The notes under the pieces: generated by a model | Databases searched by the model: none | The model's input: only the letters and a program-made list of their open reading frames with translations | Told to the model about the DNA's origin: nothing | Shown: positions 13,866 to 29,144 of the stretch, piece after piece | How the letters are laid out: every line of letters begins with the position of its first letter | Position numbering within the stretch: the stretch's first letter is position 1 | Assembly: GCA_964016885.1 (NCBI GenBank) | Contig: OZ024758.1 | Span: forward strand, 18,104,001 to 18,168,000 | Direction of reading: 5' to 3' | Origin: Eledone cirrhosa | Lineage: Eukaryota | Length of the DNA: 64,000 bases | Program-made: the position numbers and the translations under genes

Positions 13866-14387
13866 ACTTTGAATAAATAATGAATGAATATTACATAATG
13901 TATCTACTAAATTTCGTAAACAAAATTAATTTCGTAAAAATAAATAATTTAAAATTGACTTTGTTGCCACCACCACCACTTCATCTACCATATATATAGA
14001 AAGAGAGAGTGTGTCAACACTTCCGGTGGCGATCACTTACATAAACATACTAATTTTCTGTCACTAATTTTCTCCTACTGCAGTTTATATATACTATCGT
14101 CTATTTTTAATGTATCATGGATTACGTTACTGATTACATAAGACAGTGTAACAACGTCTTCGTTTAATTTCTGGTTATATTGTCAATTAAGATTTTATTT
14201 GATGTATCATATCTACATGTATATATACTTGCGTATAATATCAATATACACACTACACATGCTAGCAGAAAACCACACGAAGGTTGGTTTTTCTTCTAGT
14301 TATAATAAAGAAGGGAGTGCGGGACTGCATCCAGAATATATTTTTTATCCCGTTTGTAAAATAAGTTGGATTACTTTGAATAAATAA
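13866..14387 (+). repeat. ~500-bp repeat, circularly permuted relative to 25484-25962
   Basis: Blocks 13866-13915, 14013-14300 and 14301-14387 match 25558-25610, 25676-25962 and 25484-25573; tactttgaataaataa at both ends. Confidence 0.75.
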
Positions 14388-14736
14388 GGAATCTCTGGAG
14401 ATGACATCGAGGTAGGAGAGCTTCGCCCCCTGTTATTAGTGACTGCTTGTGGTTTCCAAAGCACTTGTGGGGGCACACTGGGGATAATTTTGTTGATTTT
14501 CCGTTCCTCCAAAATTGTTGGCCTTGTGCCTAAATTAGCAACCATTATTAAGTTGTAATTGAAATATTTTGTAGTTTCCTGATTTTCCTTTGTGCACCCG
14601 AAACACTCTAGGTTACGATGACTTAAACGTAGCCTTAATAGTAAGAATATCGGCTATAGAGCAATTATTTTACGACCGTCAATACTAAGCTTCTAAACAC
14701 ATATGCATACACATATACACACACACACACACACAG

Positions 14737-14768
<32 letters not shown>

Positions 14769-15514
14769 ATGCAAATACACATTCATCCATACACAAATCT
14801 CTCTCTCTATATATATATATAGAGAGAGAGAGAGGCACAAATGAAAGTATGCAATGTGTGGGTTTATTTATCCATAAATTTACTCTGTGCGTGCTTTGCT
14901 TTTAATCTTTCATGTGATTCAGATATTCTACGATCACTTTGGTATTTCACAAAGGTGTACATGATTCCAAAGATTAAAGTCCGTGTATTTAAAGAATTGT
15001 TGAAGCTTTTTTTCTGAAAAAAAGCAAACATGTCAGTATGTATTTGATTTATAACAAACAAGAAAAGTGAATGTCATGCCGTAACATATAAATCAAAATT
15101 GAGAACATAGAAAAACAGTATTGAAATTGACGAAATGAAATATTTAAAACTATAGCATCTATTCAATGAAATGGTTCACAGTTTATTTCAGTGAATTCCT
15201 TTTGAATTATTATATGCTTATTTCCCATTAAACTCAAAGAAATTTCCTAGAATATATATATATATATATATGTATGCGCCACACACACACTCACAAACGC
15301 ACATGCACATATGCAAACAAACATACACCCGCACACATATACATGTGTCTGTATATATTTATATGTGTGTGTGTGTGTAAAACTATTATATCCATGGGTA
15401 CATATAAATATTTATATACATATACTCATATCCATGTATATATACACACATACACACACATATATATGTGTATATATATAAATATATATATATATATATG
15501 TATATGTACATGCA

Positions 15515-15583
<69 letters not shown>

Positions 15584-15853
15584 GCATGCACATACATAAT
15601 TAGAAAAATATACAGAAAGAGATAGGGGAGAGAGGGGGTGAAAAGAGTGAGGGAAATACGTATATGTATTTTTAAAGGAAATTAATATATATCTTTTTCT
15701 TTTAAATTTGGTGTACATAATTCATAACACATTGTGATGTCTTATCATCAAGTTTATATATAGGCAGAACATCTCCCACATTTATAAACATAAACATTTC
15801 TAATCATATACATTCGGGTTTCTTTCTCTCTCTATATATATAGAGAGAGAGAA

Positions 15854-15885
<32 letters not shown>

Positions 15886-15925
15886 CATATACACACACAC
15901 ATATATATATACACAGAGATATACA

Positions 15926-16049
<124 letters not shown>

Positions 16050-16050
16050 T

Positions 16051-16089
<39 letters not shown>

Positions 16090-16095
16090 AATAGG

Positions 16096-16144
<49 letters not shown>

Positions 16145-16145
<1 letters not shown>

Positions 16146-17139
16146 ATGTGGCCGATGCACAGGTGCAGTAAGTTGCAAGGACCCACTGGATGATATATTT
16201 TTCAACTGGACAGGTGGTTCTATAGAAATAGTAGACACCTTCGGTTACCTGGGTGACAAAATCAGCAGCAGAGGAGGGTGCTCTGATCAGCAGTGGGGAA
16301 GGGTGTCCTGAGAGTACAGTAGCCAGAGTTCGAACGGGATAAAAAAAGTTCTGAGAGATAATACCGCTGTTTGCCTCAAAATTAACAATGTTAACAATGA
16401 AAGGCAGATTGTATGATGCATGTATACGAACGGCGATATTACATGGTAGTGAGACTTGGGCATTGTGTGCTGAAGACCTGCGTTGATTAGAAAGAAATGA
16501 ATCTAGTATGCTCCGATGGATGTGCAAGTGTAATGTGCGCGAAAGGAGAAGCATATACAAACTAAGAGGGAGACTAATCATAATAGGTATCAAATGTTGT
16601 GTTCTGGAGAGGAGATTGCATTGGTATGGAAATTGGAAATGTGATGTGTGTGACAGATGACAGCTGTATAAACAAGTGCAGGGCAATGAACATTGATGGG
16701 AGCTGGGGAGTGGGTAGACCAAGAAAAACCTGGGACGAGCTGAACAAAACTGACCTTATCCACCTACACTTCTCTAAGACAATGACACTGGACCGAGACC
16801 TTTGGCGCCATGCAGTTGCACAGAAGACCCGACTGCCATTGCATACAAACCTACAGCCAGTAGGCACCTCTTAATTCATTGTATACCCTACTGCCATACG
16901 CTATCTCATCCTCCCTCTCCCTTTCCGTCCACTGTGTCGATGACACAACAGTCCACACTGTAAGGTAGCCATGTAGGAGAAACGGTAAAAAGGCTCCCAG
17001 TCAACAATGAACATGTGGTTGGTGTTAGGAAGAGCATCCAGCTGTAAAAGGAAAACCTGCCAGAGACGCTTCTCGCATCATATGGAACAAAACCGTCTAA
17101 CCCATGCTAGGGTGGAAGATGGTCGATAAACGATGATGA

Positions 17140-17143
<4 letters not shown>
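16145..17143 (+). mobile_element. 5'-truncated RTE-clade LINE (RT C-terminal part plus 3' tail), disrupted
   Basis: [15 protein letters not shown]...KGRLYDACIRTAILHGSETWAL...MLRWMC...RRLHWYG...GRPRKTWDE with stops and frameshifts; (GAT)n tail. Confidence 0.9.
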
Positions 17144-17195
<52 letters not shown>

Positions 17196-17242
17196 TCATC
17201 TACCGATACTGCCAATTCACCGCCCTATACATATATATATAT

Positions 17243-17277
<35 letters not shown>

Positions 17278-17326
17278 ACGGCGATGAATTAGTCTTGCGA
17301 GGTTTTTTATATGAAATCGTGTGTCG

Positions 17327-17812
<486 letters not shown>

Positions 17813-18393
17813 TGTAAGAATAAGAGGCAAATGAAACCCGAGAATATAATGCGTATATTATGCTTTACAATAAATAAATAAATCTGTGAAGAATAAATAA
17901 ATATTTTATATAATAATCAGAGATATATCAACTACACGGAAAATAGAAAGTTTTATATAAAATATAGATTCTACCATTTCAAAGAGAATTTATTTAACTT
18001 GTAAGATTTCATCTCTATAAACAGAAACCTTATAATGTAAAGCAGAGCAGAGAATAGAATAAAAAACAAGGATTACCAAATATACTAATTTTGCAATTTT
18101 CCAATTACAAAAAAATGGGAATATTCAATTTCGTGATTATATATTTATTTATTTTCTTTCGTTTTCCTACGTCATTTGCTGCTTATATTCCCTCAAAATT
18201 ATAGAGAATAGAACAGAGACAATGTTGTATACAGTATTTTTTCTTTTCAATTTTTCTGAATAAATATCACTTAACTTTCAACATCAGTTATCTTTCCAGC
18301 TGCCGGCAATGATTACACTTTGAAAATTGTGCTCCGTTTCTTGTAAAGACAAACATTATTTTTCAAGTCTCAAGTATATTGTTAAGTGAATGC

Positions 18394-18429
<36 letters not shown>

Positions 18430-18484
18430 TTGTGTATGTATGTATATATAGGTATATATATATATTTGTCTATATATGTATATT

Positions 18485-18538
<54 letters not shown>

Positions 18539-18564
18539 TATGTATATATATATATATGAATGTA

Positions 18565-18601
<37 letters not shown>

Positions 18602-18749
18602 GTATATATAGTTATATGTATATATATATATATATGGTTGTATGTATGTATACATACCACTACCGCCACCACAACCACCACGTCAACCACCACCACCACC
18701 ACCAACACCAATATATATATATATATATATGTACATATATAGTAGTCTA

Positions 18750-18960
18750 TTACGTGTCTGCAGCTGCCGTCTTATTCTCTCTGTTGACTTTGAAAAGATT
18801 GCGCAGGTGAAGTTGTTTTACAGCTGGGTATATTTCATAAGTCATGTCTACACCAACAGGAGTGACGTGTTAATTTGAAAATAATTTGCCATCGGTAATA
18901 ATGCGAATGAATTGAATCGGAACATACAAACTTTCAGAAATAAAACATTTAATGTTAATC
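18750..18960 (-). pseudogene. Possible eroded Ig-like exon
   Basis: NIKCFISESLYVPIQFIRIITDGKLFSN*HVTPVGVDMTYEIYPAVNNFTCAIFSK: Cys spacing resembles an Ig domain; in-frame stop; judged by eye only. Confidence 0.25.
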
Positions 18961-19499
18961 GATGGGGGAAATGATATTCAACAGATCAACGGATCAAATT
19001 TGTCAGCAATCTATTGAAATTGAACATACAGATGCTGTCATAATTTCTTCATGAGGATGAAGAATTTTTCATGGAATCTCATGTGTGCTCGGTAGTGGTT
19101 ACCACTAATTCTTTAACATTTTCATACATGAACCAATATAGCATGCATGGTCATGCAGTTAAAATGATAGTGGGCCTCACACATACTAGATTGTGAATTT
19201 CTTTATCGGTGAAACGGAATGAAAAACTTCATAGACCACAACAGGATTTGAACTCGGAGGGTTCAGCTTTCATTCCAACTATGTATCAGATCTTGGTTGT
19301 TTGAGTACATTACTTTCGGGAGGTTGGAATGTGTTTCTCGGTCTGCAGTTGTATATCTGTACACCTAACAAATCAGAAAATCTAATCCTCAAAAAAGGAT
19401 CAGTGTTTCTAAAAAAGCTAGGTGAACATTGTTAGAAAGACTTTCACCATAACACTACTTAACCATGCTTAGAATAATGAATGATATTAATAATGATGA

Positions 19500-19895
19500 T
19501 TTCTACTGTAGGTACAATACCAACAATGTTTTTGGTGGTGGGGCAAGTTGAGTAATCAACCCAAGTGCATGACTGGTACTTTATTTTATTGATCCCGTAA
19601 GGATGAAAGACTAATCTCACCTTGGCGGGATTTGAACTCGGAATGTAACGAGCCGTAACTACATGCCGCAAAGCATGTTGTCCAACGCTCAACTTTTATT
19701 AATATTAATATTAATAAGGCACAAGGCCAGCTATTTTGGGGGAGGGGAGTGTCAATTAAATCGACCCCAGTGCATGACTGGCACTTTATTTTATCGACCC
19801 TGTAAGGATGAAATGCTAATCTCACCTAGGTGAGATTTGAACTCCGAACGTTAAGGCCCGTAACTACATGTCGCAAAACATGAAGTACAATGCTC
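19500..19895 (-). mobile_element. Two tandem tRNA-derived SINEs
   Basis: Same family core seen twice. Confidence 0.85.
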
Positions 19896-21017
19896 TACGT
19901 ATATTAATAATAATGCTTTCTTTATTAACCATACGGATTGACAGAAATTATAACATTAAGGACAGCACAGGACGGCACAACCGATATTGATAATAATGAG
20001 TGTAAATGTAATCATATACTGTACTAGGTAGAGTTACATCACTGAAATATTTTCTTAAGGGAATATATTTCTATCGAGCTTAAAGCTTAAATCCTAGAAA
20101 CAATAATAATTTCCAACATAGGGACACAATAATTGGATGTGTAAGTAAACCTTGCGTCTATATTTCTTGTTTTAAAGCACCCCAGACCAACATAGCTAAG
20201 GGCATGTAATTTTCTGGACACAAACATCAAACTTTCCTTGCCAGACATCAAAGTACCTTGTGCGTTTAATATTATGAAATATCATCTTATTCGGTCACTC
20301 AGAATATGACGTTTAGTCACGAGTAATTACATTCCGTCGCTCACCAATGTTGCTTTTGCGTTTTTATATTGCGGTTTAGTGGTATTATTAACGACCATCA
20401 TTTTCATAACAAGACAAATATAAACATTGGAAATGGTTTAATATAATGAATTTAATCAAAATTTAAATTTTTAGATAATTGTCATTCATTAAAGAAAGTA
20501 ATTGCTTTTTATAAATCGTATATACTTTTTTTTTATTTTTCTTGCAATCAGCAAGCAATACTTGAAAGTTTGTATGCATTTTTCCAGTCTACTTCAGCCT
20601 TTAAATAATTAATACTTTTTTTTTCAGTACTTGAATATTAAAAAAGTATATTGAAAGATATTAAAATTGCTCGTTTGTTTTCTTCTGATAATGATTAAAA
20701 CATTTGTTTTTACGTTTTGAAATTTCTTTTCTTCAGTTATTTTATTATTAAAATATAGTGTTTCCTTTTATTATATTATTTCTTTTGTAGGATTTGCTTT
20801 TGTTAATTTAATTAATTTTTTATTGAATTCTGATAAAAGCTAGATAATGAGAAAAAATGTCAGTTATCACAGGTCATAGAAATAAGCGGGTTTTGAACAA
20901 AACCTCAAGATATAGTCTATAGTAAATACTTCTATTTCGTAATTTATATATAGCTTCAATAGAGTTCTAATTCTATTTCCTTTTTTATATCAACTTAGAA
21001 TCTATTCTTACTTTCAT

Positions 21018-21270
21018 TGGATTGGCAGTATCGGTAGAGGGTCGGACGCCATGCTTTGACGCATAGAGTTACGGCCCTTGCCATTCTGAGTTCAAATCCC
21101 GCCCAGGTTAACTTTGTCTTTCATCCTTACGGGGTCGATAAAATAAAGTACCAGTAATGTATTAGATATTTGCTGGCCTTGTGGCAAAAGTAGAAACAAT
21201 GTACCAGTAATGTACTGAGTAATGTACTGAGTAATTGCTGGACGTATGCCAACAGTAGACCCAATTATTA
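21018..21270 (+). mobile_element. tRNA-derived SINE with locally duplicated tail
   Basis: Family consensus; gtaatgtactga repeated. Confidence 0.85.
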
Positions 21271-21481
21271 TTTTGGTACATGTTAATATACTGGGAGACT
21301 TGCTGGAGAAACGCCTTTATTTATATGACTGTTTAGATCCTGTATTAGTAATATGTTTAGGGATCCCTTTTATATATTGAACGGCTGAATTTGGGAACAT
21401 GAAGACAGTAGCAAATCTAAATGAAAATACGGACATATATGCACACTGGTTAACACACACACACACACACACATACACACA

Positions 21482-21562
<81 letters not shown>

Positions 21563-21687
21563 TTGAAAATAGTCAGGATCTCGACGGCTGAGATGCGGAC
21601 ATTTCGACAGCTAGATCTGAACGAGTACTCTGGTGCGTTATGGTCCACCTGGTATCTTACCACACTTTCTTTGTTATATATATATAC

Positions 21688-21743
<56 letters not shown>

Positions 21744-21774
21744 TTTGAATGGATACAGTTTAGTTGAAAGGAAT

Positions 21775-21894
21775 TTATTGACACGTGTTTCTATAACAGT
21801 GACATAACCTAAAACAGCTGCTATCTACAAACTTTTAGTTATGCAGACATTCAATATTTCAATGTTATTATTTACTGTCATTTCATCAGAATAA
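21775..21894 (-). ncRNA. Type I hammerhead ribozyme with canonical core and GUC site
   Basis: ttatt-CTGATGA-aatgacagt...actgttata-GAAAC-ACGT-GTC-aataa; lies in a probable Penelope-like 3' remnant (about 21740-22160) abutting (TA)n. Confidence 0.8.
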
Positions 21895-22450
21895 TATTAC
21901 TGAGGACCTATTTAGTTTTTATAGAGAATATTAGGAGGGAGGGGTGAAGTTGTTAGAAGAATAGTTGAAGGAGTGGTTTTTCGATAGCAGTGAGAATTCT
22001 TGGTGGCAGTGAGTAATTAGATTCCCATCTGTTGTTTTGACATTTTTTATAGAATATATTATTGGTTATTTTTCTAAATCTATAGAAGGATTAGAGATAG
22101 TAAAGATATGCGTGGTTGGTTTTGTGTTTGCACTTAATTAACATTCAGACTTAAATGTTTCTTTCAAGTGTACGTATCCTTTCACCCACGCATTCACACA
22201 CAAATATATTTGCACACCTCTACAAAATACATATACTCACAATTCACATATTCATACTTACATATATATACACATGCATACACATATATATATACACATG
22301 TATTCATGTACATACATACGTGCTCATGTGTATACATTTTCATACTCAACTTATCTTTATATACACACGTATAGACACACACATATATACATATATACTC
22401 TAGTCCATGTGTACACACATACACATACATACACATCTATATACACATAT

Positions 22451-22588
<138 letters not shown>

Positions 22589-24099
22589 CACTTTAATACA
22601 TGAATACACTTACATCTAACTATACACATCAAACATATATATATATTTACTTATTTATATACATTTTCACATATATATACATACTTATGGACGTTTTTAG
22701 ACACATTCATTATCGCATATTTGCACCTATTCTCATCAGCATATCTTTCCATTATTAGTGTGGTAATTTAAGGTTATTAATATATGTTGAGAAGAGATTG
22801 TTTTTATATTTTTCTAACTAGATTATATATATGTATATATTATGAGATTTGGCAAAGTGTGTGTAGCTGTAAATGGATAAATATATATATGGGTATGTGA
22901 GTGTGTATGTGCGTGTATATAAATATATATGCATATAATTATATATATATATATATATATATACATTTTCAATTCGATTCATGTGAATAATATCCGTGTG
23001 GAATTTCCACCCATTTTTTATCCAATTCTTCCTTTCATCGATATCTCCATCTATTTCCAAATGAATGACATTGTCAAAAATGTCATCAAAAACATTCTTT
23101 TACCAATTACCAATTCTCTTGAACTTAATGCTATTAAGTTTGTATTTTATGTTTAACCGGAAGCCACCTCTGCCATAGCAGACATATATTGATCGAAATT
23201 GTCGTGTATATTCTGTTTATTTCCACAGATCTTGATTTATTTGGTATACTTTTATTCCAAGCCTGCTAGTTATGTTTTATTGGAAGGTTTGAGTGTATTT
23301 CTAGAAGCGTAAGCGTTGCATATAGATTATCTTTTGTTTTGTCAGCACTTCGTCTGTCTCAGCTTATGATAAATACTAATTTTAATTTAGGCACAAGGCC
23401 AGCAATTTTAGGGTCAGGAGAAAATGGAGTATATGTTCCCAACTCAATGAGTTGGTCTTTTATTTTATCGACATTGGAAGGATGAAATTCAAATTTAACT
23501 TCAATGGGATTTCAGCTCAAAATGTTGAGACCCGGAAAGAATGCCTTATAACATTTTTCCCGATGCTGTAACAATTGTGCAAAGTTGTAATGAATTTACA
23601 GTGACAAAGTAATAGTTAGAGTTGTGTAAAAGCTATATTTCTTCGCATGAGACATACTCTCTAACATATCCAAAGATTGGGAAGGATTGCAGTAGAACAT
23701 CCTTTTCGAGGATTAGTGATTCTGTCTTTTTTTTAGGTTCACACATATACAACTAAGACCAAGAAACATATTCCATCCCACTGAAAGAAATTTAATCAAA
23801 CAACAAGGATGTGATACATAATATGATTGAAAGCTTCACCATCAGAATGATGTTGTCACACAACTATCCGAGTTCAAATTTAACGACAAATGTCTAGCAT
23901 GACAGATGTTATTCATGTTCAGCTTGCGTGATAGTAGACGGTCAGCATAAAATCTTTTCACACTGAAATTTGTGTTTCATAGATACCATTTTCTCACTGA
24001 ACATTACAACTACTTCCTGTAGAAGAGAACATGTAAAATATGTTCAGAAAAAACTTTGAACTTGAAATTCATAAATTATAAAATATATTATCCGAGATC

Positions 24100-24585
24100 T
24101 AATCTAATCTGGCCGAGTTTATACTCGCAAATAAGAAGAACCAGGACTGTCCCGAGGAGCATTGGATTTTATGTACTTCATATTTGTTTCAGTTGCTGAA
24201 TGCAATCAAGGGTCGCTGCTTCTTCTGAAAGTCAATAGTTCCCTGCTCACTTGAGCGGGAGCGCCTTTCCATTGTCAATTTGCATTGATCATCGGCGAAG
24301 CTGCATTGTTTTCAAAACCAGTACACCAGTCTTTTCGATGCATGCAGCTGGAACTACTGCCACCCATTGATTTGGCAGTATTTAAACACATTTTCTTTTT
24401 CTAGATGGCCGTTGACTCTTATCAGTGCTTCCACCCTTTGTCACGTTTTGTTTTTTGTCCTGCCGTGTGTCCAGAGTCACCGTCTCTCACCAAGTAAACT
24501 TGGTGGGATTGCCGATTGAGTCACCGATGACCCGACCATGCGACAGGTTGTACTGTGTTACATGTTACCAATAGCACTCATAGAC
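24100..24585 (-). pseudogene. Decayed pogo/Tigger-like transposase fragment, copy B
   Basis: Minus strand reads IRVNGHLEKENVFKYCQINGWQ*FQLHASK, then DW after a frameshift (cf. I.V.G..+.EKA...A...G...F.AS.GW), and later TIDFQKKQRPLIA...KYEVHKI. Confidence 0.5.
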
Positions 24586-25483
24586 TTTATCTATCCCTGT
24601 ATTTTGATATTTCCGATTTTATTTAAATAGTGGTGAGAAAGGTGAAGTAATGGCATGGTTATTGTTTGTAATTTACGAGTGTATTATAATCCATCTTCTG
24701 TGAGCATCATTCTATGATCTCATTTAGAATTGAGATTGATAATTGTATCGCCATATTTGTAACGGAGGAATTGGTATAATGTTTCAGAAATGTTTGTTCC
24801 TATCTATATGGTGACGTTTGGGCATTTCATTAAATGCATAAATATCTCAATGAATGATAGATCATATTTACTATATTGACAAATGAATGGTGTTTGTAAT
24901 TCGTTCTTGTTTTCCTTTGTAATTGTGCAAATTCAATAACCCATAGATGCTTAAGAAAATAGAATATTTTAACAATTTGCAACAAAATAGATTCATAATA
25001 TTGTTTGATGTTTATGAGCTGTGTGTTGGCAGTAATTGGTAGGTTTCGCAGCAATAACTTCCTTTGTTGAAAATATACGCAGATATTCATTCTTATATAT
25101 AAAATAAGGATCACACAGAAAGGGAAATCTAATCAATGCATGCGAAATATTTAAAACTGAAACATGTTCTAATGTATATACATATTATCCTTGTTAAATA
25201 TACCTTAAAAGAAATGATTGATTATTTAAATCTGTACCAAGTATAATATGATATAAATTAACTCAAACAACGTGTCTACTCATTTAGGTGATAACATGTG
25301 TAATATCAAAATACACCGAATTTATATCTAAAAACATTCCCTCATAGGGATATTCCTCCACAAAATATTAAAGGAATGTAGACAAATATTAAAGGAAACT
25401 AATAAATTAATCCAAGCTGTCTTAGAGTTTTCTGGTACATTCAGTCAAGCATATTTAAAGTATAAGATAATGACTATCTAAAC

Positions 25484-25962
25484 TATAATAAAGTAAGGAG
25501 TGTGGGACTGCGTCCAGAATCTATTTTTGTTTATCCCTTTTGTAAAATAAGTTGGAATACTTTGAATAAATAATGAATGAACATTACATAATTTATTTAC
25601 TTAATTTCGTTATTCTTGATTAAATATGAATAAATTTGTTGCTTATTTTAAGATTCCCTCTTTAAAATTTTCAAATGTCAACACTTCCGATTAGCGATCG
25701 CTTAAATAAACATATATTTCCGTCACTAATTTTCTCCCAATGCAGTTTATATATAATATCATCTTTTTTTAATGTATCATGGATTATGTTACTGATTACA
25801 TAAGACAGTGTCACACAGACTTCGTTCAATTTCTGTGTATATTGTCAATTACGATTTTATTTGATGTATCATATCTACATGCATATATACTTGCGTATAA
25901 TATCAATATGTACACTGTAGAAACTAGTAGAAATCCACCCGAAGGGTCGTTTTTCCGGTAGT
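25484..25962 (+). repeat. Second copy of the ~500-bp repeat at 13866-14387
   Basis: Direct homology with different block order. Confidence 0.75.
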
Positions 25963-26295
25963 TTCACTAATGGAATCATGCTCATGTATCTAGTGCCATA
26001 TTTAAGACAAATGAGGCCCTGTGTTAGTTAATTCATGAGGCCCATTATTTGAGCCATGAAGGAGGTAAAATATTTTTTTGGCAGGAAGATGGGCCTCCCA
26101 TGGCTAACGTGGCTCTGTGATTAACCACACCTAAACATAATGGTAAACCCGGCAACGGCATGTATCATGCATCAATAATCCTGTTTTAGAAGCTTTCAAA
26201 TGTATATATTTGTGAACTGTATAAATCCAATTAGACACTAATGTTTTTACATATTTGATATTATTCTGTAGGTATTTACTTGATAACTGTGTTAG

Positions 26296-26524
26296 TGAAC
26301 CGTTTAGCATTTACACCGGCTGTATCCGGCCAGAATTCTCTTACCTCTTTCTGTTTAAATCAGCCATAACTGGCCGCTGATACTGATATTAAGGTGTTGC
26401 TCTCAAAATGTCTAATATACAAATCTCACAGATTCAAAATTGTGTGAAATAATTATGTGAAGTCAAGCCTTTACTAATAAAATAAAATAGAATATATAGA
26501 GTAATCTAAATGCTAAAAGATTAA
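26296..26524 (+). mobile_element. MITE with ccttTAGCATTT-type termini and TTAA ends (piggyBac-like); copies at 41738-41940, 48818-49046, 50771-50970
   Basis: gaaccgtttagcattt ... aaatgctaaaagattaa; the 48818 copy has ttaaccctttagcattt ... aaatgctaaatggttaa. Confidence 0.65.
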
Positions 26525-26973
26525 TTGACCCTTAATAAAAATGATTTTCATTTTCTTGCGAAATGTAAATGCATGCTACAAGAATTGTAGTTACATTCTG
26601 TACATAACACTCTTTTTTGGACACAACCCCTGGCAGCAGTATCGATATAAATAATGTAGTGACTCGTTTGTTATATCAGATGCTGAGAGTTTTCTTTCTT
26701 TCAACGTTAGACCTTTATTCATATACCTCACCTGTATACATGACTATGTGTCACCTGCTTCAATCTTCAGGTTATAAATCACTATTCTGCGTTATAAACA
26801 TTCTCTTCTTTAGAAGGAATTATTCCTTTTAGATATTCTCCTTTAAACTATATCTGATATGATAAATAATGGTCCACAAGACTGTGAACACAGGTAGTAT
26901 TGATAAATGTGCACATGTAAAATGTAGAAAACTATGAATAACGATGGTTTAAATTGCAGATATTCTGCAGAAG

Positions 26974-27032
<59 letters not shown>

Positions 27033-27036
<4 letters not shown>

Positions 27037-27425
27037 TAAAATGGTCCTTCGTCAGTGATCTTCCAACCATCACAGGTATTTCTTCGCTTTAAAGGCCATA
27101 TACCTCCGGTTGGTGCGAGCAACGGCTAAAGAAAGTCGTTGGGACACATTAAATAAAGGGGACAGCGAGATTGTAAACAAACAAAGATGGTGAAGCAACG
27201 AAAAGTGAGGAAGAACGAATCAAGTCCCAAATTTCTATGAATATAAGTTCGGTGAAATCGTGAACGAAAGAGAATAAAGACCATCAAAGCTGGTTGGAAT
27301 GTGAGCAAGGAAGGAATTCCGTACAGGTCTAACGCGGGGGAGAAGGAATCTAGTCTGTGAATTCGGTGAACATAAGTTCTGTGAAGTCGTAGACGAGAGA
27401 GAGAAAAAAAAGCGAACCAGCCTAT
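27033..27425 (-). mobile_element. Second copy of the 7786-8195 element, candidate ribozyme at 27043-27104
   Basis: Reverse-complement homology over about 390 bp; (TA)n at both ends. Confidence 0.7.
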
Positions 27426-27437
27426 ATATATATAAAT

Positions 27438-28270
27438 TAATTGCTTCTACCTTTGGCACAATGCCAGCAATTATACCAGCGTATTACTGATGCTTTATTT
27501 TATCGACCCCGTAAGGATGAAAGGCAATGTTAACCTCGGCGAGATTTGAAGTGAGACCATAAACAGCGGTAACTCTGTGCTACAAAGCTTGGCGTCCGAC
27601 GTTCTACCGATATATACATATACTAATTGTTACTACTTTTGGCACAAGGCCAGCAATTACCTAGTGTATTACAGGTACTTTATTTTAACGACCCCGTTAG
27701 GATGAAAGGCAAAGTGAACCTCGACGGGATTTGAACTCAGAATGGCAAGGGCCGTAAATCTATACGTCAAAGCATGGCGTCCGACCTGCCAATCCACCAT
27801 AATAATGATAGAGACTTGCAACAAATATGGCTTGGAAATGAAATATAATTTGAGAATTCTATCGATCTCCAACAGTATAAAATAATATATTGGATCATTC
27901 TGAAAATAAATTACAAAGTATATCAATGGATGTCGGTAAGTTCTTCCATTTTCTGATAGTCTTTGTAAGCGGCATTACCTTATCAGATATTTGCTCAACA
28001 GATATATTCAGAAATATTAGGAAATGAATAACATTCAGCGTCATACAAGCTGGATCTGCCTTCTCATTGGGAATTACCGTACTGTTCGACAATGTATATC
28101 TGACGAATATATACAGTATGCACATATGTTCCTACAAGGCCAGCAATTATCTTAGTGTATTAGTGGTACTTTATTATATCGACCCCATAAAGATGAAAGG
28201 CAAAGTTAAATTTCGCGGGATATGAATTCAGAACGTAAAAGGCCATAACTGTATGCTACAAAGCGTGGTA
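27438..28270 (-). mobile_element. Three tRNA-derived SINE copies (27438-27612, 27625-27800, 28130-28270)
   Basis: Family consensus. Confidence 0.85.
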
Positions 28271-28379
28271 TGTGATGTTAATACAGTATCAACCCTATAA
28301 ATGGGCACAAACTATGCGCTACATCAATCTCTAAAAGTCTAAAGTATGTCTTAAAGAAGAAGGCTCATTTGGCTGATAC

Positions 28380-28635
28380 TTATCCTGGTTTCATGGCGTG
28401 AAGCGACTGAGAATACAAGACCCCCCCCCCCCCTCCCCCTGGACAGGACACCAGTCAATCACATGGTTAATCCCGCAGCTATTTCTGGTACTCATTTTCA
28501 GCCGAGTGTATTGGAGTACCGTGAAAAAAAAATGTTTTGCTTAAGAACACAACACACAACCCAGCCCAGGAATCAAACCCACGACGTTAAGATCGTTAGT
28601 TCCACACCCTTACCACTAGGCCACATGCCACCGCA
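28380..28635 (-). mobile_element. Second tRNA-derived SINE family (CORE/V-type); another copy at 42080-42255
   Basis: A box tggcctagtgg, B box ggtttgattcct, then ttgtgttcttaagcaaaaca and gactggtgtcctgtccaggggg. Confidence 0.7.
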
Positions 28636-29144
28636 CATCAGTCTTTATATACTGACAAATCTAACAATTCAAGATGCTAAATCTAACACGATAATATCAG
28701 ATATAATGTTACTATGACAACAAAAAAACGGTTAAAATATAGAGGCATGCATATTTATCAAATTCACACCTGATAATATGTATAACAAGTGTCTGCCCGT
28801 CGAGACTTTATCACGAATTCCTCATAGCATCTAAGATAAACTCCCAAAATATATGTATGTCGAGAAAAGAGTGATTGAAGATATGAGAGTATAAAAATCC
28901 TGCCAAATTTAATGTGTAGAGAAAGCAGATGAAATCAAACAGAAAATCAAGGGAAAATAGGCATATTTCAATTCTTTTTCTGCATAAATCGTGAAGATTT
29001 TAACAGAATATCTTTATTTTGCTGTTACTTAGTTCCAGGGACAGTGTTTCCATATTCTCTAGCCCTTTCTGTTCAGCGGAAACTGGAATAACCGTGAATA
29101 CCAAGCATGTTACACATAGGAAGAATAATGTTTTTTTTTATACA

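Noticed and set aside
24098-24585. Telomerase RNA, 7SK or RNase P/MRP candidate (CTAATCTAATCT start, hairpins)
   Set aside because: No CTAACCCT template, H/ACA box or P4 consensus; a decayed pogo-like reading explains it better.
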